DNA of 64,000 nt from IMG/VR virus record IMGVR_UViG_3300035510_000283, positions 2,544 to 66,543 of that record, one strand, 5' to 3'. Both the position numbers and the translations under genes were made by a program. How positions within the stretch are numbered: position 1 is the stretch's first letter; each line of letters opens with the position of its first letter. A model generated the notes under the pieces. The model was not told the DNA's origin and ran no database searches. It saw only the letters and a program-made list of their open reading frames with translations. This document shows positions 26,269 through 36,833 of this stretch, one piece after another. This DNA comes from a virus. Lineage: Duplodnaviria > Caudoviricetes.

Positions 26269-28269
26269 TTAAATGAATGTATCTGCTATTTCTCTAATTA
26301 ACCATTTTGTTTTGGACTCTCCCTCTTGGTGGTAACCAATTAGCTCGAATTGCTTGCCGGAGTTTATCCCGGCTCCGCTTATCGTTTTAGGAGAATTAAA
26401 GTCGCTTATATAAACATTGCTATCTGCAGCTGTTAGAGTTAAGTCGTAAATTGAATCTTCCCTAGTTACCACCGGATTATAAATGCGAATTGTGCGCGCT
26501 GTTCCTTCCGGTAAATTTTCAAGTGTAATTGCGGATATGGAAATGTACATCGAGCAATCCGATGAACTATATAAACCGGCACCAAATTTCAGATAAAGTG
26601 CCCTGGCAACAAGGTCACCGGTTACTTTTGCGTTTGTAATAGTCACGCTATCAATCGTGCCGTTGGTGATTTCGGCGCTATCAATCGTGCCCTTCGATAT
26701 TGATGCGTCGGTCACGGCAATGTTTTTAAACGTGCCGACATTGCACCTAACGTTGCCGTCGCGAGCATAGAATATCTCGTTGCCGTCAGCGTCTGTCATA
26801 TAGACATTCTCAACACCGAGGTTCTTTATCAGCGCATACGATGCCAGCAATATCTTCGTGGCCACGAAGTCAATCTTGTCGCCGACTTTCCAATACTTGT
26901 TGTTCGCTGCCAGCGTCAGTGGATTGCTGCCAACATCGCTCTTGACGTGGTTTTCCGTGCAATAGTAATACTGCTCCTTGTACAGCACAACGTCAATGTA
27001 GGTGTCGTCTTCGCCGCCGCTCTCAAAGCTGAATGTGTCGTCAAGCGACTCCCAGTCGAGAGGCCCTCGAAGTGTCGGCCCTCGACTTCCGTCATACACA
27101 ACCGGAATGTCGATTATTTGCATGGTTGAACTGTTTTCGCCGTCCCAATAAATTAAAGAGAAGCTGACAGAGGTGTAGGAGTTATCTCCTGCAGCTATTG
27201 TCATCGTCGTGCCCCACGCTACGTATGCGTTTCTTGCCTTGCCTACAACTTGCACAGCATAACAAGGAACACCGGGTGCAAATGCAGAATACATTGTGCT
27301 CGTAATATCTTCAGCTGCTGCTTCTCCAACTTTCTTGTACACCTTGACACTAACGGTCTGCGCTGATGTGGTAGGGTTAATAGATGCTTTGTCTGCAACC
27401 ATATAAATCATCACGCCATCGTCGCCTTTTGCTCCGTCGGTGATAAATGGAATGGTAACGGTATCAATATCTTTATCAACGCCGTTCACTCGCTGTGCCA
27501 AATAGAAAGTAAGATATCCCATTTCTGCAGATATGTCTACACTCGTAGTAAATGCCGTGCCTGCAATTTTTGTGGCATAGTGTACAAATAGTCCGTTGGC
27601 AACAGGGCCGGCTGTTATTAGAGAGTTTGTATAGTCAGTTTCCGTGTTGCTGCCAATTCGCTTCATAACTTTCACACTGACGGTTGACTCTGACAAGTTG
27701 CCGTCAGCGTCAATATGCACAGCTGTGACACTAGGCACAAGACGATACACAACCGCATCGTCGCCCTTATCTCCTGTATCGCCTTTATCTCCGGTGTCAC
27801 CCTTGTCCCCCTTGTCGCCGGTGTCACCTTTTTCTCCCGTATCTCCTTTTTCACCGTCGCTAACAACGGGCACTTCGATTGTCTGCATTTCGGTGAGAGA
27901 CATGCCTGATACGGAATACAGCGTAAATGTTATTGATGAAATATCGCTTGGGTTGCCTGCAGCAATAGTTGCCGAGCTGCCAATAGTTGCAGATTTGCTA
28001 GGCATATCTGTGTAGTTAACCATATACTTGACGGTATATCCAGACGATGCAGCCATTACATAGCTGATTAGCGAGTCGGTTATATCTTCCTGCTCGCCCG
28101 AGCCAACGCGCTTATACACCTTGACGCTAACCGTTTGGTCTGACGTAGTGGGATTGATTGATGCCTTGTCTGCAACCATGTGTACAAACACAGCATCTTC
28201 ACCGTTACTGCCGTCCTCGCCACTCTCGGGGTAGGGGATTAGCACATCAAAAGCTGAAACTTTACTCAT
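26269..28269 (-). CDS. Tail fibre-like protein with collagen-like repeats and repeated beta modules
   Basis: G-x-K-G-D-T collagen tract and two near-identical MVADKASINPTTS.QTVSVKVYK modules plus a third diverged one. Confidence 0.75.
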   Translation of the reverse strand: MSKVSAFDVLIPYPESGEDGSNGEDAVFVHMVADKASINPTTSDQTVSVKVYKRVGSGEQEDITDSLISYVMAASSGYTVKYMVNYTDMPSKSATIGSSATIAAGNPSDISSITFTLYSVSGMSLTEMQTIEVPVVSDGEKGDTGEKGDTGDKGDKGDTGDKGDTGDKGDDAVVYRLVPSVTAVHIDADGNLSESTVSVKVMKRIGSNTETDYTNSLITAGPVANGLFVHYATKIAGTAFTTSVDISAEMGYLTFYLAQRVNGVDKDIDTVTIPFITDGAKGDDGVMIYMVADKASINPTTSAQTVSVKVYKKVGEAAAEDITSTMYSAFAPGVPCYAVQVVGKARNAYVAWGTTMTIAAGDNSYTSVSFSLIYWDGENSSTMQIIDIPVVYDGSRGPTLRGPLDWESLDDTFSFESGGEDDTYIDVVLYKEQYYYCTENHVKSDVGSNPLTLAANNKYWKVGDKIDFVATKILLASYALIKNLGVENVYMTDADGNEIFYARDGNVRCNVGTFKNIAVTDASISKGTIDSAEITNGTIDSVTITNAKVTGDLVARALYLKFGAGLYSSSDCSMYISISAITLENLPEGTARTIRIYNPVVTREDSIYDLTLTAADSNVYISDFNSPKTISGAGINSGKQFELIGYHQEGESKTKWLIREIADTFI

Positions 28270-28281
28270 AACTTCTCTTTT

Positions 28282-29409
28282 TTAACCGTTACCTGTTGCT
28301 TCAATATACACTGTTACTTGGCCGTACTCTTGCACGGTTGCACCCGACACATTAAATTTGCCGTTGGAAACACTTCCTGATACGATGGTTGAGCCATTGT
28401 AGTCTAAAATCGCATAGCTGAAAGTCCAGTTTGTTTGCGTAGTTCTGCTTGCGCGAGCCAATACTTGTGGGGTGTAGGTAACTGTTTCGGTTGCACGGAT
28501 AAGATTTGAGGCTGTGCTGCGCCCCATTTCAATGTAATATGGGTCGTGTGTATCGCACACCTCAATGCCTTTCGTGTATGTATTGCCGTCGAGTGTGGCA
28601 ACGGCATAAAATTGCTCGGTGCTGTCAATAGCTGCTTCCGTAAGAGTAATGGTTTTACCATCGTTGGATACAGTTACGCCTACGACACCTTTCACTAAAT
28701 CTCCTTTCGTTACAATGTCTATCAAATTGCCGGCTGAAGCTTTCTTCCATGACCATGCTCCGGCTTGTATGGATGCGCCATTTAGCTGCAAATCGGCAGT
28801 TATCTCGAGCGTTTCACTGTCGCTGTCAATAACAGTGTCCGGGTGTCCTCCTTCGTTGACGCACGACAACACTATGTCATACACGTTGCCAACTGTCTCG
28901 CGTATAGCGATGTCACCGTGACACGTGGTGCTGACACCGTTAATCTCTCCCTTAAAGTATATTGCAACATCTTGGTTGTAGCTGTTGATAGAGTTTTCGC
29001 CGGCAAGGTTGCCTATGATTTTCAGTGCGGGGAATGTTTGCCCGTTCACTGTATATGTTAGCTTGTTGCCGTTGTCGTCAAGATTGGTGAAATAGTTTTT
29101 GTACTTTTCCTTTACATTGCCCGTATCAGGGTCAACTATTAGGGCTTCACTGCTGTCGGGGTTGTTGAAATACCACCTCTCCGTTCCTTCGGTCGGCACA
29201 ACATACTTGCCGGCATTAGAGCTGTAGCAGCATGGGTACAACATGATTTGTGTATTCGTATCTGTGTAGTCAGGACTACATACTTTTGTTGTGGGGTTGT
29301 AGTATTGTGTTGTTCCAACACCGGCACCCATGACGAAAGCCATGCGCGGCACGATGGTATCACCGTCAACCACACATTCAAGTGTGTCTATTGCTGATAT
29401 TTGTGACAT
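28282..29409 (-). CDS. Tail structural protein
   Basis: Beta-rich Thr/Ser/Gly composition within the tail operon. Confidence 0.55.
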   Translation of the reverse strand: MSQISAIDTLECVVDGDTIVPRMAFVMGAGVGTTQYYNPTTKVCSPDYTDTNTQIMLYPCCYSSNAGKYVVPTEGTERWYFNNPDSSEALIVDPDTGNVKEKYKNYFTNLDDNGNKLTYTVNGQTFPALKIIGNLAGENSINSYNQDVAIYFKGEINGVSTTCHGDIAIRETVGNVYDIVLSCVNEGGHPDTVIDSDSETLEITADLQLNGASIQAGAWSWKKASAGNLIDIVTKGDLVKGVVGVTVSNDGKTITLTEAAIDSTEQFYAVATLDGNTYTKGIEVCDTHDPYYIEMGRSTASNLIRATETVTYTPQVLARASRTTQTNWTFSYAILDYNGSTIVSGSVSNGKFNVSGATVQEYGQVTVYIEATGNG

Positions 29410-29423
29410 AACGTTGTGATGGT

Positions 29424-29618
29424 TTATAGATTAAACATTTTCTTTGCCTCTTTGCGCGTGAGCTGCACTGCGCCCTCGCTGATTGCTCGTTCCGTGCCAT
29501 AGCAGCAGAGGTCTTGCCCGGATAGCAGATACTGCCCGTCCTTGCAGCTGCGTATGCTTTTTAGATTTAGCGCTGCCGCAATGCTTTCGGGCACCGCAAA
29601 ATAATACATTGTTGCCAT
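29424..29618 (-). CDS. Small tail-operon protein
   Basis: 64-aa ORF filling the gap between tail genes. Confidence 0.55.
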   Translation of the reverse strand: MATMYYFAVPESIAAALNLKSIRSCKDGQYLLSGQDLCCYGTERAISEGAVQLTRKEAKKMFNL

Positions 29619-29631
29619 AGTTTGTTCGTGT

Positions 29632-30753
29632 TTAGTCTTTGATGTCTTGATATGTCAATATTGAGCCGTTAACGGTCAGCACACTGCCGTTGACTGAGCA
29701 AGCTCGCAAAGCTGTGCGCTCTTTTACCTCTACGCCAAACACCGGTATCACCTTTGGATCTGTGCCGGCAATAGAAGCGTCAACAGTAAAGCTCTCGCCG
29801 TAGCCAAGCATTGTCTGCGTTGCATTTGTGGCGCTTGTGGTGAATATGTGGGCGATGCTGAAATACTTCGCCGGGTTTGAGATTTGCCCTTTGGGTAAGT
29901 CAATAATGCACTTCGTCTCTATTTCCTTAGTGTCGGGGCGAATGTACTTGCCGCGCACAATCTTCACACGCTCGTCCCACAGACCATACCAGCGATATAG
30001 TTTCGTTTGAGCTGTCACTGTCTTTGTTGGCGATGCTACGTGCGATGCTTGCACACGTATCACTTCTTTGTCGATGTAGCTTTGGTCAATGGTGATAGCC
30101 TTCGTGCCTTGCCCCGACACATAAAGCAAGTCGTCTTCGGTGATGTCTCGCCACGATGAGCCGTCTTGCACTTGCCAGTTGTATATGGCATTGTCATCGT
30201 CAACCAGGTTTTCACCGTTATAGAGCGTGGCGGTGATGGTGCGCTGCTGCACACTCTTAAAAGGCGATATAGGCATTTTAGACGTTGCATCAATGCTAAC
30301 GGCTAAGTTCACAGCTATTGCCTTTGTCGACGAAAGGGTGAGCTGATATGTTGCTCTATACGTGTTGCCCGAACGGCTGTCAAGATAGGCACAGCTGAAA
30401 AATAAGTTCACCGGTGAATCGGGCACAACATTCTCTTTCACGGTCAGCACTCCGTAGCTTCCTACCACATACTTTGTGTTGGTGCTGAGTATGCGTGTCG
30501 TTTCATCTTCGCCGTCTGAGGCTAGATACCAACGTATGTCGGTGAGTTGTTTGGTGTGGTCGCCGCTGACGAGCACGCCGTCGCTGTCTTTTACAATCAG
30601 CTTTGGTGTTATCACCAACGGAGTGAGAGAGCGGTCGGGGCTGTAGTCTCCGCTCACTCCGTCTAGCACTTGCGAGGTGCTGCCGCCTGTCATCTCCATT
30701 TGCAGTGACACTGTCAATGGAGTGTAGAGTATGTATGCGCTCGCTGTTTTCAT
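29632..30753 (-). CDS. Tail structural protein
   Basis: Beta-rich; YSPDRSLTPLVITP motif; tail operon. Confidence 0.55.
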   Translation of the reverse strand: MKTASAYILYTPLTVSLQMEMTGGSTSQVLDGVSGDYSPDRSLTPLVITPKLIVKDSDGVLVSGDHTKQLTDIRWYLASDGEDETTRILSTNTKYVVGSYGVLTVKENVVPDSPVNLFFSCAYLDSRSGNTYRATYQLTLSSTKAIAVNLAVSIDATSKMPISPFKSVQQRTITATLYNGENLVDDDNAIYNWQVQDGSSWRDITEDDLLYVSGQGTKAITIDQSYIDKEVIRVQASHVASPTKTVTAQTKLYRWYGLWDERVKIVRGKYIRPDTKEIETKCIIDLPKGQISNPAKYFSIAHIFTTSATNATQTMLGYGESFTVDASIAGTDPKVIPVFGVEVKERTALRACSVNGSVLTVNGSILTYQDIKD

Positions 30754-32429
30754 TTGTTGAAGTTAATTTCGGTTGTTAATTCTTTTACCTCGCCGCCGTC
30801 GCCGCTATCTTCGCCGTTTTCGCTTTCATCTTCATCTCCGTCTTTGAGGAATACGGTGACACGAAAGGTGACTTGTTTGGTTTCTGCCCAGTTGCTGGGC
30901 ATGTCTTTCGGAGTAATCTCAACGCTTTGGTTGCTCTCAGCATGTTCGGAGTTCCACACAAGGTCTTCATCGGGTAGTCCGCTGTCTCGTTCCCACTCAA
31001 CTTGAAAGGCATCTGCACTGATGTCCATGTCGCCGTGCTTGAGCTTGTAGGTGAGTGTTGTATATTCACGGCCAAGACGAAAGAAATGGCCTCTGCTGCT
31101 GTCAATCTCCAGTGTGAAGTTGCTGTCACCAACCACGCACACCCACTCGGTGTTGTTCCACCGTGGTGCTACACCAATGGTTGCCTTGTCAACGGCAACG
31201 CGCCAACAACATGACTTGTACCACACTTGATGTTGCACATACTCGCCATACTCCTCTGAGTAACCACGTATGTACTGCACGTTCTCTTGCCATACGCCAA
31301 GGTCAATTATCTCGTACTTTTGAACACCCTTATAGTCAATGCGCAGCAAATCTTGTATGATTGCACCACGTGCGAACAGGTAGGGGTGGTCATAGTTTAT
31401 CGGCAAGTTCTCAAACAACTCAAGATGTTTGGGCTTGCCTATAAACATGTAGTAGTTCTCCTCGTCAAGTATTGGCTTTGTGACACCTTCCAGATACATT
31501 ATCGTGCCCTCGAAGCTTGATATATACCAGCAGCTTTGGCGCTCCTCGTTGAGAGCATTGCCGCGGCGGTTTACCACCATGCCCGCAACGGGAGCATAGT
31601 TTTTCTTTGCCGGCACATCAAGGTTCGCGTATAGCGACACAATGAGTGTGTTTGCCGAGGTGTCAACGCTGTTCACCCTAAACCAGCTTGTGAAGTAGCT
31701 GCCGTCAAATAGCAGCGTGTTTACTGAGCCATATACTACGTCGTTCTCCTTGAAGGCGGTGTAGTCATAGTCCCAACGCTTTCGCATTTTCAGCTTATAG
31801 GTGTCGGTGCTGATTTTGGTGACGCTCTCAATAGTTCCTGAGTCGGTGAAGGTAAATTCGCTTTCTACGGCTGTTAGGCGGTTGGTAATAAGCTCCATTA
31901 CCTTCATGTACGTGCGCACCTCGATGCTTTCTACTTGGGCATTGCCATCGGCATCTATGCCAGCGCCGCGTCCGGCACTCATTGAGTTAACATAGTTGCC
32001 GATGTCAAGGCCTTTAAGGAATGATATTAAGCCACTTGCGGTGTCAGCACCGGTCTTCGATAGAAAGTAATTTGAGAGGTCTCTGATTACTTCTTGCGTG
32101 ACAGCACCTGAGAGGTCGGCATAGCCGGCTGTTGAGCCGGTGTCTATCCACTTGCCGTCGTAGGCTCGATATACCTCACCCGGGATGGAGTCGCCAACCA
32201 ATGCCCACCAACCGTCGTGAGGGTAGGGGTATGCCGTACGCAGCTCGTCAGCAGTGGCAAAAAAACCTTTGTTTGCTGCCTTGATATTTGCTGCGTCAAT
32301 CGTACCCTTCACTACCAGGTCATGCCCGATGGTTGCCGTGCCTTTGATTGATGCGTCACCTCCGGTGTCTATATCGCGTCCAACCGATAAGTCACCGCCA
32401 AGTGTCTGTCTGGGAAAGTAATCGCTCAT
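30750..32429 (-). CDS. Tail structural protein
   Basis: Operon position; ATGA coupling at both ends. Confidence 0.55.
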   Translation of the reverse strand: MSDYFPRQTLGGDLSVGRDIDTGGDASIKGTATIGHDLVVKGTIDAANIKAANKGFFATADELRTAYPYPHDGWWALVGDSIPGEVYRAYDGKWIDTGSTAGYADLSGAVTQEVIRDLSNYFLSKTGADTASGLISFLKGLDIGNYVNSMSAGRGAGIDADGNAQVESIEVRTYMKVMELITNRLTAVESEFTFTDSGTIESVTKISTDTYKLKMRKRWDYDYTAFKENDVVYGSVNTLLFDGSYFTSWFRVNSVDTSANTLIVSLYANLDVPAKKNYAPVAGMVVNRRGNALNEERQSCWYISSFEGTIMYLEGVTKPILDEENYYMFIGKPKHLELFENLPINYDHPYLFARGAIIQDLLRIDYKGVQKYEIIDLGVWQENVQYIRGYSEEYGEYVQHQVWYKSCCWRVAVDKATIGVAPRWNNTEWVCVVGDSNFTLEIDSSRGHFFRLGREYTTLTYKLKHGDMDISADAFQVEWERDSGLPDEDLVWNSEHAESNQSVEITPKDMPSNWAETKQVTFRVTVFLKDGDEDESENGEDSGDGGEVKELTTEINFNK

Positions 32430-33112
32430 TCTTGTAATTGAGATTTCGATAGTTCTTCAAATACTTTGCCTCGCTCGGTATCGCTCAGAGCATATAGTGT
32501 GAGTGCTGCCACCATGTACACTATTGCGGGATAACAGCGCTCGGATAGGTCTACGTTGCCGCTGTCGTCTATGCTTGCCAGTGGTATGTAAACGGCTCGC
32601 GTGACGGTGACGTTGCGGCTCTTGCATGAGAAGAACTCCAACGCTAAACCTTCTGAGCGAACTGCTATTGCACACACAGGCTTTTGCGATGTGCCTCGCA
32701 AACCTTTAAAGCGTGAGAATTGTTTCTCGTACTCGGTGTCGTCGGTCGAAATAGCGTTGTACACCGGGCGCTCCCAGTCGCTGAGTTGGAACACAACAAG
32801 GCGTTGAAAGTCTTTGGGAAGCAAAACAAACCCTGCGGTGTCTGTGCCCACAGTTGTCGTTGACACTCCGTTGATTGTGGTGGTAACATCGTCAAGCCAG
32901 CAGATTGACACGGGGATGTTGTGCCCTTGCTCAAGCATGTAATATGGTGCGGTGGCATGCACACTGCGCACGGCTTCAACTATCTTTGACTTGATAATTT
33001 CGTTCAGCGACAATGTGTCAATGTCTCCTTCTGCCAACAAGGCCGTGCTGCTGTTGTTCTGATCTAGAGCAACGCGCACGTCTTCTATGATGTCTTCAAC
33101 GCTCTTCGTCAT
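32426..33112 (-). CDS. Putative head-tail connector protein
   Basis: Downstream of the capsid gene; IIEDVRVALDQN N-terminal helix and a C-terminal helical pattern typical of connectors. Confidence 0.5.
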   Translation of the reverse strand: MTKSVEDIIEDVRVALDQNNSSTALLAEGDIDTLSLNEIIKSKIVEAVRSVHATAPYYMLEQGHNIPVSICWLDDVTTTINGVSTTTVGTDTAGFVLLPKDFQRLVVFQLSDWERPVYNAISTDDTEYEKQFSRFKGLRGTSQKPVCAIAVRSEGLALEFFSCKSRNVTVTRAVYIPLASIDDSGNVDLSERCYPAIVYMVAALTLYALSDTERGKVFEELSKSQLQE

Positions 33113-33124
33113 GTGCTAAGTGTT

Positions 33125-33763
33125 TTATTCTGCTGCCGGGAATACAAACACAAGACCGTTTTGGCGTGCGTATTCTTGGGCGGCTATTTTACTGCGTACT
33201 TTGCTCGATGCGATACCAAAGTTCTCTTTGAGGTACACTTGTGCCTCGGTCAAACATGATACCTCAACTTCGGTGGGGGTTACCTCAACGGCATCTGGTG
33301 TAGTATGTACCTCCGAGTCGTCTATCTCGGTCGGCTCGTCTGCCACTTCGTCAGCTGCCTCACTTGCCGGCTCTTGAGCTGCCTCACTCGACTGTTCTGC
33401 TGCAGCTGCAGTGGGTGTAGCTTGTGCAGCTTGCGCTGTGGGTTTGGCTACCTTCGGTTCTTTTACGTCGGGAGTGCCCGATGTGCGCAACAACTTGATG
33501 CGATTTGTCTTAAAGTAGTTGCTGTGCTCAATGACAGTTTGAATGAATGGGTTGCCTGTTGTGTACAATGCCGGGGTTACACCGTATGCCGTTGCTGTGC
33601 CGCCGGTAAAGTGTACTCTCACTTTGGCTTTGCCTGTTTCAATCTCAGCATCCCAGTCCATGAGATTGTCAACGCTGTATGTTTTAAGTTCCATATATGT
33701 AATACTTGTTTTTATAAATAGAGGCGACAGGCGCAGCTCGCACGGCTTTGCCAATCGCCTCAA
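33125..33763 (-). CDS. Hypothetical virion-associated protein with Ala/Glu-rich linker (start probably near 33694)
   Basis: Directly follows the capsid gene. Confidence 0.55.
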   Translation of the reverse strand: MRRLAKPCELRLSPLFIKTSITYMELKTYSVDNLMDWDAEIETGKAKVRVHFTGGTATAYGVTPALYTTGNPFIQTVIEHSNYFKTNRIKLLRTSGTPDVKEPKVAKPTAQAAQATPTAAAAEQSSEAAQEPASEAADEVADEPTEIDDSEVHTTPDAVEVTPTEVEVSCLTEAQVYLKENFGIASSKVRSKIAAQEYARQNGLVFVFPAAE

Positions 33764-33792
33764 TTAACTACAATACAATAAGTCCAGCTCTT

Positions 33793-35316
33793 TTAGGCTG
33801 CTGTCACTGTGCCGGTGTACTCAGTCCACTTGCCGTCTTTGTATTGCCACATTTGACCATTTTGTGCGTTTGCACTAATGCCGGGGCAATCTTGGATGAG
33901 GTAGTAAACGCAACCGTCTACAAGGTCATCATCAGTAGGAGCTTCTGCGCTGTCCCATATCTCGTATGTCACGCTGTCAGCGTTAGCGGGTTCGCCTTCG
34001 CCGTCAATCCAGATGTGGCATGAGCCTTTGAGTGCGAGAGCATCCCAGATAACGATGCCTCTGCGGGTTGCCTCTTCGCCGTCAACACGGTCGTTGAACT
34101 CGTGTTGGTTAGAGTAGATGTAGTGCACAAGTCGGTCTTCGCCGAGGAGAGCACCGCTGTTGCTCCAACCGAGGGTGTCGAGTGTCGGCTCGCGTTTGAT
34201 GTCGATGTCACCGTAAACGGTGTGGATACGTGTAACAACCCAACCAACGGTGTTGGTGGTTGAGGTGATTTGGATTTCGGGGTGCTTCGAGTAGTCGATG
34301 CACTGAATTTCCTCAAGGAGGTTTTTACCTGCAAGCAGGATGGCAGTTTTGGGGACGTCCTCGCCGGTGTAGAACATCTTGGCAAGGGCAATGAATTTTT
34401 CGATTGTCCATTTGCCGGTGTGGCGAAGCTCGCGTTTGAATTGCCAACGTACACCTTCGGTAGTGTAAACCATTTGTTCACCAAGTTTGGGAACACGCAC
34501 GGGGAATGCGCCTTTGCGGCCGGCCCAAAGGGTGCGGTTGCCGGCACGTTTGAAGTTGAGGATGGCTTGCTCGGCGATGATGCTTTGAGCAAAAGGTATG
34601 CGTTTTTTCTGTGCGTCGAAGTAGTCAGATACCACTTGGTTCATGCCGCGTTTTTGCAGATATACCTGCGAGGGTTGCGGGATGATGAGGTCGGGGTCAA
34701 CTTCTTTTTGTGTCTCGTAGAGAGCGTTTGCGAGAAGTTTGATTTTTGAACCGATGGGGATAGCGGGCGTGCTGCAGAAAGTATCGGTCTTAGATGCTTT
34801 CGGGCCGTTAACGGCACGTACAACGGGGTTGCCTGTAACGGTGTCGTGACCGGTAACAAAGAGCATGAGGTCTTTGCCCGGGGTTTTGGTTTGACCGTCC
34901 TCTGTGTAACCGTCAACGTCTTTAACAAGGACGGTGTGGTAGTCACGCAAGATGTTTTGGTCGTTTGCAGAGAGGGGTAGGGTGAAGTTGTTGCTTGTTC
35001 CCTCGGTCACAGCTGCCGTGGTCTCAAAGGTTGAACGTTGCTCGTCAATCATGTAGTGTTCAACTACGGGAGAGCTGACGTTGACTTTCTTGGCTTTGAG
35101 CATGAGCGACATCAACGCAGTGTCTTCGCTTTGGAACGCAAAGATTTTATCGTCAATGTCAGTCTCAATAAAATTGCCGGGCTGAATGCCGTCGGATGCT
35201 TGTGCAGCACCGCTGACGGTGGTGGCTTGACCGGGTACTTGGGTCGATAACCCGGCACTGCCGGGGGCTGGAGTAGTTGCTACTCCTGTGCCCATGTTTA
35301 CAGTTTCTTCTGCCAT
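33793..35316 (-). CDS. Major capsid protein
   Basis: 507 aa after the scaffold-like gene; the FIETDIDDKIF..TALMSLM and VTRIHTVYGDIDIKREP segments resemble HK97-fold capsids of Bacteroidales podo-like phages. Confidence 0.75.
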   Translation of the reverse strand: MAEETVNMGTGVATTPAPGSAGLSTQVPGQATTVSGAAQASDGIQPGNFIETDIDDKIFAFQSEDTALMSLMLKAKKVNVSSPVVEHYMIDEQRSTFETTAAVTEGTSNNFTLPLSANDQNILRDYHTVLVKDVDGYTEDGQTKTPGKDLMLFVTGHDTVTGNPVVRAVNGPKASKTDTFCSTPAIPIGSKIKLLANALYETQKEVDPDLIIPQPSQVYLQKRGMNQVVSDYFDAQKKRIPFAQSIIAEQAILNFKRAGNRTLWAGRKGAFPVRVPKLGEQMVYTTEGVRWQFKRELRHTGKWTIEKFIALAKMFYTGEDVPKTAILLAGKNLLEEIQCIDYSKHPEIQITSTTNTVGWVVTRIHTVYGDIDIKREPTLDTLGWSNSGALLGEDRLVHYIYSNQHEFNDRVDGEEATRRGIVIWDALALKGSCHIWIDGEGEPANADSVTYEIWDSAEAPTDDDLVDGCVYYLIQDCPGISANAQNGQMWQYKDGKWTEYTGTVTAA

Positions 35317-35325
35317 TTTAAATAA

Positions 35326-35508
35326 TTATTTTGATGGTTTGTAAATATTTGTCTCTATCAGTGCTCCGGGGTGAATGCCGCCGCTTGCCGCCGCTACGCT
35401 GCTAACAGTCACCGCTACGCCGGGGCATTGTGTTGCCAAACCCGCGCTGCCTGTTGTCGGCATTTGCGGTCGTTGGGTAGGGAATTGTATATGTTCTTCC
35501 AATGCCAT
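35326..35508 (-). CDS. 60-aa paralog of the capsid N-terminal arm
   Basis: 24 of 36 residues identical to the capsid N-terminus (GSAGL...IET.I); in frame with the capsid gene. Confidence 0.7.
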   Translation of the reverse strand: MALEEHIQFPTQRPQMPTTGSAGLATQCPGVAVTVSSVAAASGGIHPGALIETNIYKPSK

Positions 35509-35519
35509 GAGAGTTTGTC

Positions 35520-36257
35520 TTAACGTGCTCCTTCGGCAATGTCAAATATGCTGTTGCCTCGCTGGCGTGAAGGTGCGTTGTTGCTGCCGGCTAGATTGGG
35601 CACTCCGTCTGAGGCTTTATCTTTGCGCAGTTTCTCAACAATGCGTTCGTTGCGGCCATTAATCTTGCCTTCCTCGCGAGCTTGCTCAACGTCGGTGTCG
35701 TGATTAATGGCTTTGTAGATCATTTCAAATGTTTCGCGTGAGGCCTTGCCTACAATAGCGTCATTGGCTATCTGAGTTAGCTTATCCCACGTTTGGTCAA
35801 TCTGCTCGTCGGTGAGGCTCATTTCTTTTTGTACGTCTTCGAGCATTTTGATTGTCTCGCCAAGGTTCTTTGAATACTCGGCTTCAAGTTCGTCGTTCTT
35901 GGTCTTGCGAGCAAGATAGTCTTCTTGAGCTTTCGCAATCTCCTCTTTGTATTTGGGATTTTCAAAGATGTCGGTGATGCCGTCAATGCCCAACTGCTCC
36001 ACCATAGACACCCATGGGTTTTTGCCGTTGGCCATGTCTGCAATAAATTGAGCGCTCTGCGGGTACTGAGTAATCATTCCTGCGAACTTGTCCTCACTAT
36101 CCTTGTAGCCTTTCAACTTATTATCATATTCGTCATAATCGTCATTAATTTGACCGAATAGTGCTTCATCGTCGGCATACTCGCGGTCGGGGTATTTCTT
36201 TTTTAACCGCTCGCCGAAAATGTCGCGTTTGCTCTTAACTGTCTGTGTTTCAGCCAT
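35520..36257 (-). CDS. Capsid scaffolding-like protein
   Basis: Charged, helical 245-aa protein upstream of the capsid gene. Confidence 0.6.
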   Translation of the reverse strand: MAETQTVKSKRDIFGERLKKKYPDREYADDEALFGQINDDYDEYDNKLKGYKDSEDKFAGMITQYPQSAQFIADMANGKNPWVSMVEQLGIDGITDIFENPKYKEEIAKAQEDYLARKTKNDELEAEYSKNLGETIKMLEDVQKEMSLTDEQIDQTWDKLTQIANDAIVGKASRETFEMIYKAINHDTDVEQAREEGKINGRNERIVEKLRKDKASDGVPNLAGSNNAPSRQRGNSIFDIAEGAR

Positions 36258-36344
36258 AACAAAGTTGTATTAGGTTGTACTTTAATTTTACGACAAAAAT
36301 AATGCATTTATACGTGGTTTGCGTTTTATGTTCTGACTGACAAA

Positions 36345-36833
36345 ATGAGTAAATTTAAAGTACGTAATCCCTTAATTACTAACTTAATGAAACCTCACGG
36401 AAGCATTTTAAGATTTACAAAAAGACGGAATGATGAATTGATTAAGGCGTATCGCTACCAACTTGGCATCGCCAAACACATTAAGGTTTATGATATTGGT
36501 GTTGCGCTTGTTAATATGCCGTCATCACGTTTTTGGGTATCGGAAGACCGTGCTGCCATTGTTATTGGAGCAATGCTCTCAGGCCGTGGCTTGCCTAAAA
36601 ACATGCGCCCTACGAAGCGTGAAATGTTCACCGCTATCTACGAACAGGTGCTGCAGCTGCGCACTAAATATCCTGATATGTCTATTCGTGACCTCACTGC
36701 AAAGGCTGTCAACTGCCCTGCACCGAAGTTCTATATGCTGCCACGCTCGGCTCTCGATGTTATCTACAAAATTAAAAACGGGTATTATGATGAAGTCTTC
36801 AACAAACAAAAGCAAGAGTATAAATCCTATTGA
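36345..36833 (+). CDS. Hypothetical basic protein upstream of terL (possible late regulator)
   Basis: Divergent from the capsid operon; overlaps the terL start. Confidence 0.55.
   Translation: MSKFKVRNPLITNLMKPHGSILRFTKRRNDELIKAYRYQLGIAKHIKVYDIGVALVNMPSSRFWVSEDRAAIVIGAMLSGRGLPKNMRPTKREMFTAIYEQVLQLRTKYPDMSIRDLTAKAVNCPAPKFYMLPRSALDVIYKIKNGYYDEVFNKQKQEYKSY

Noticed and set aside
36463-36786. Extended terL N-terminus from the ORF track
   Set aside because: It overlaps the 36345-36833 gene out of frame. The ATG at 36787 gives a typical coupled start.
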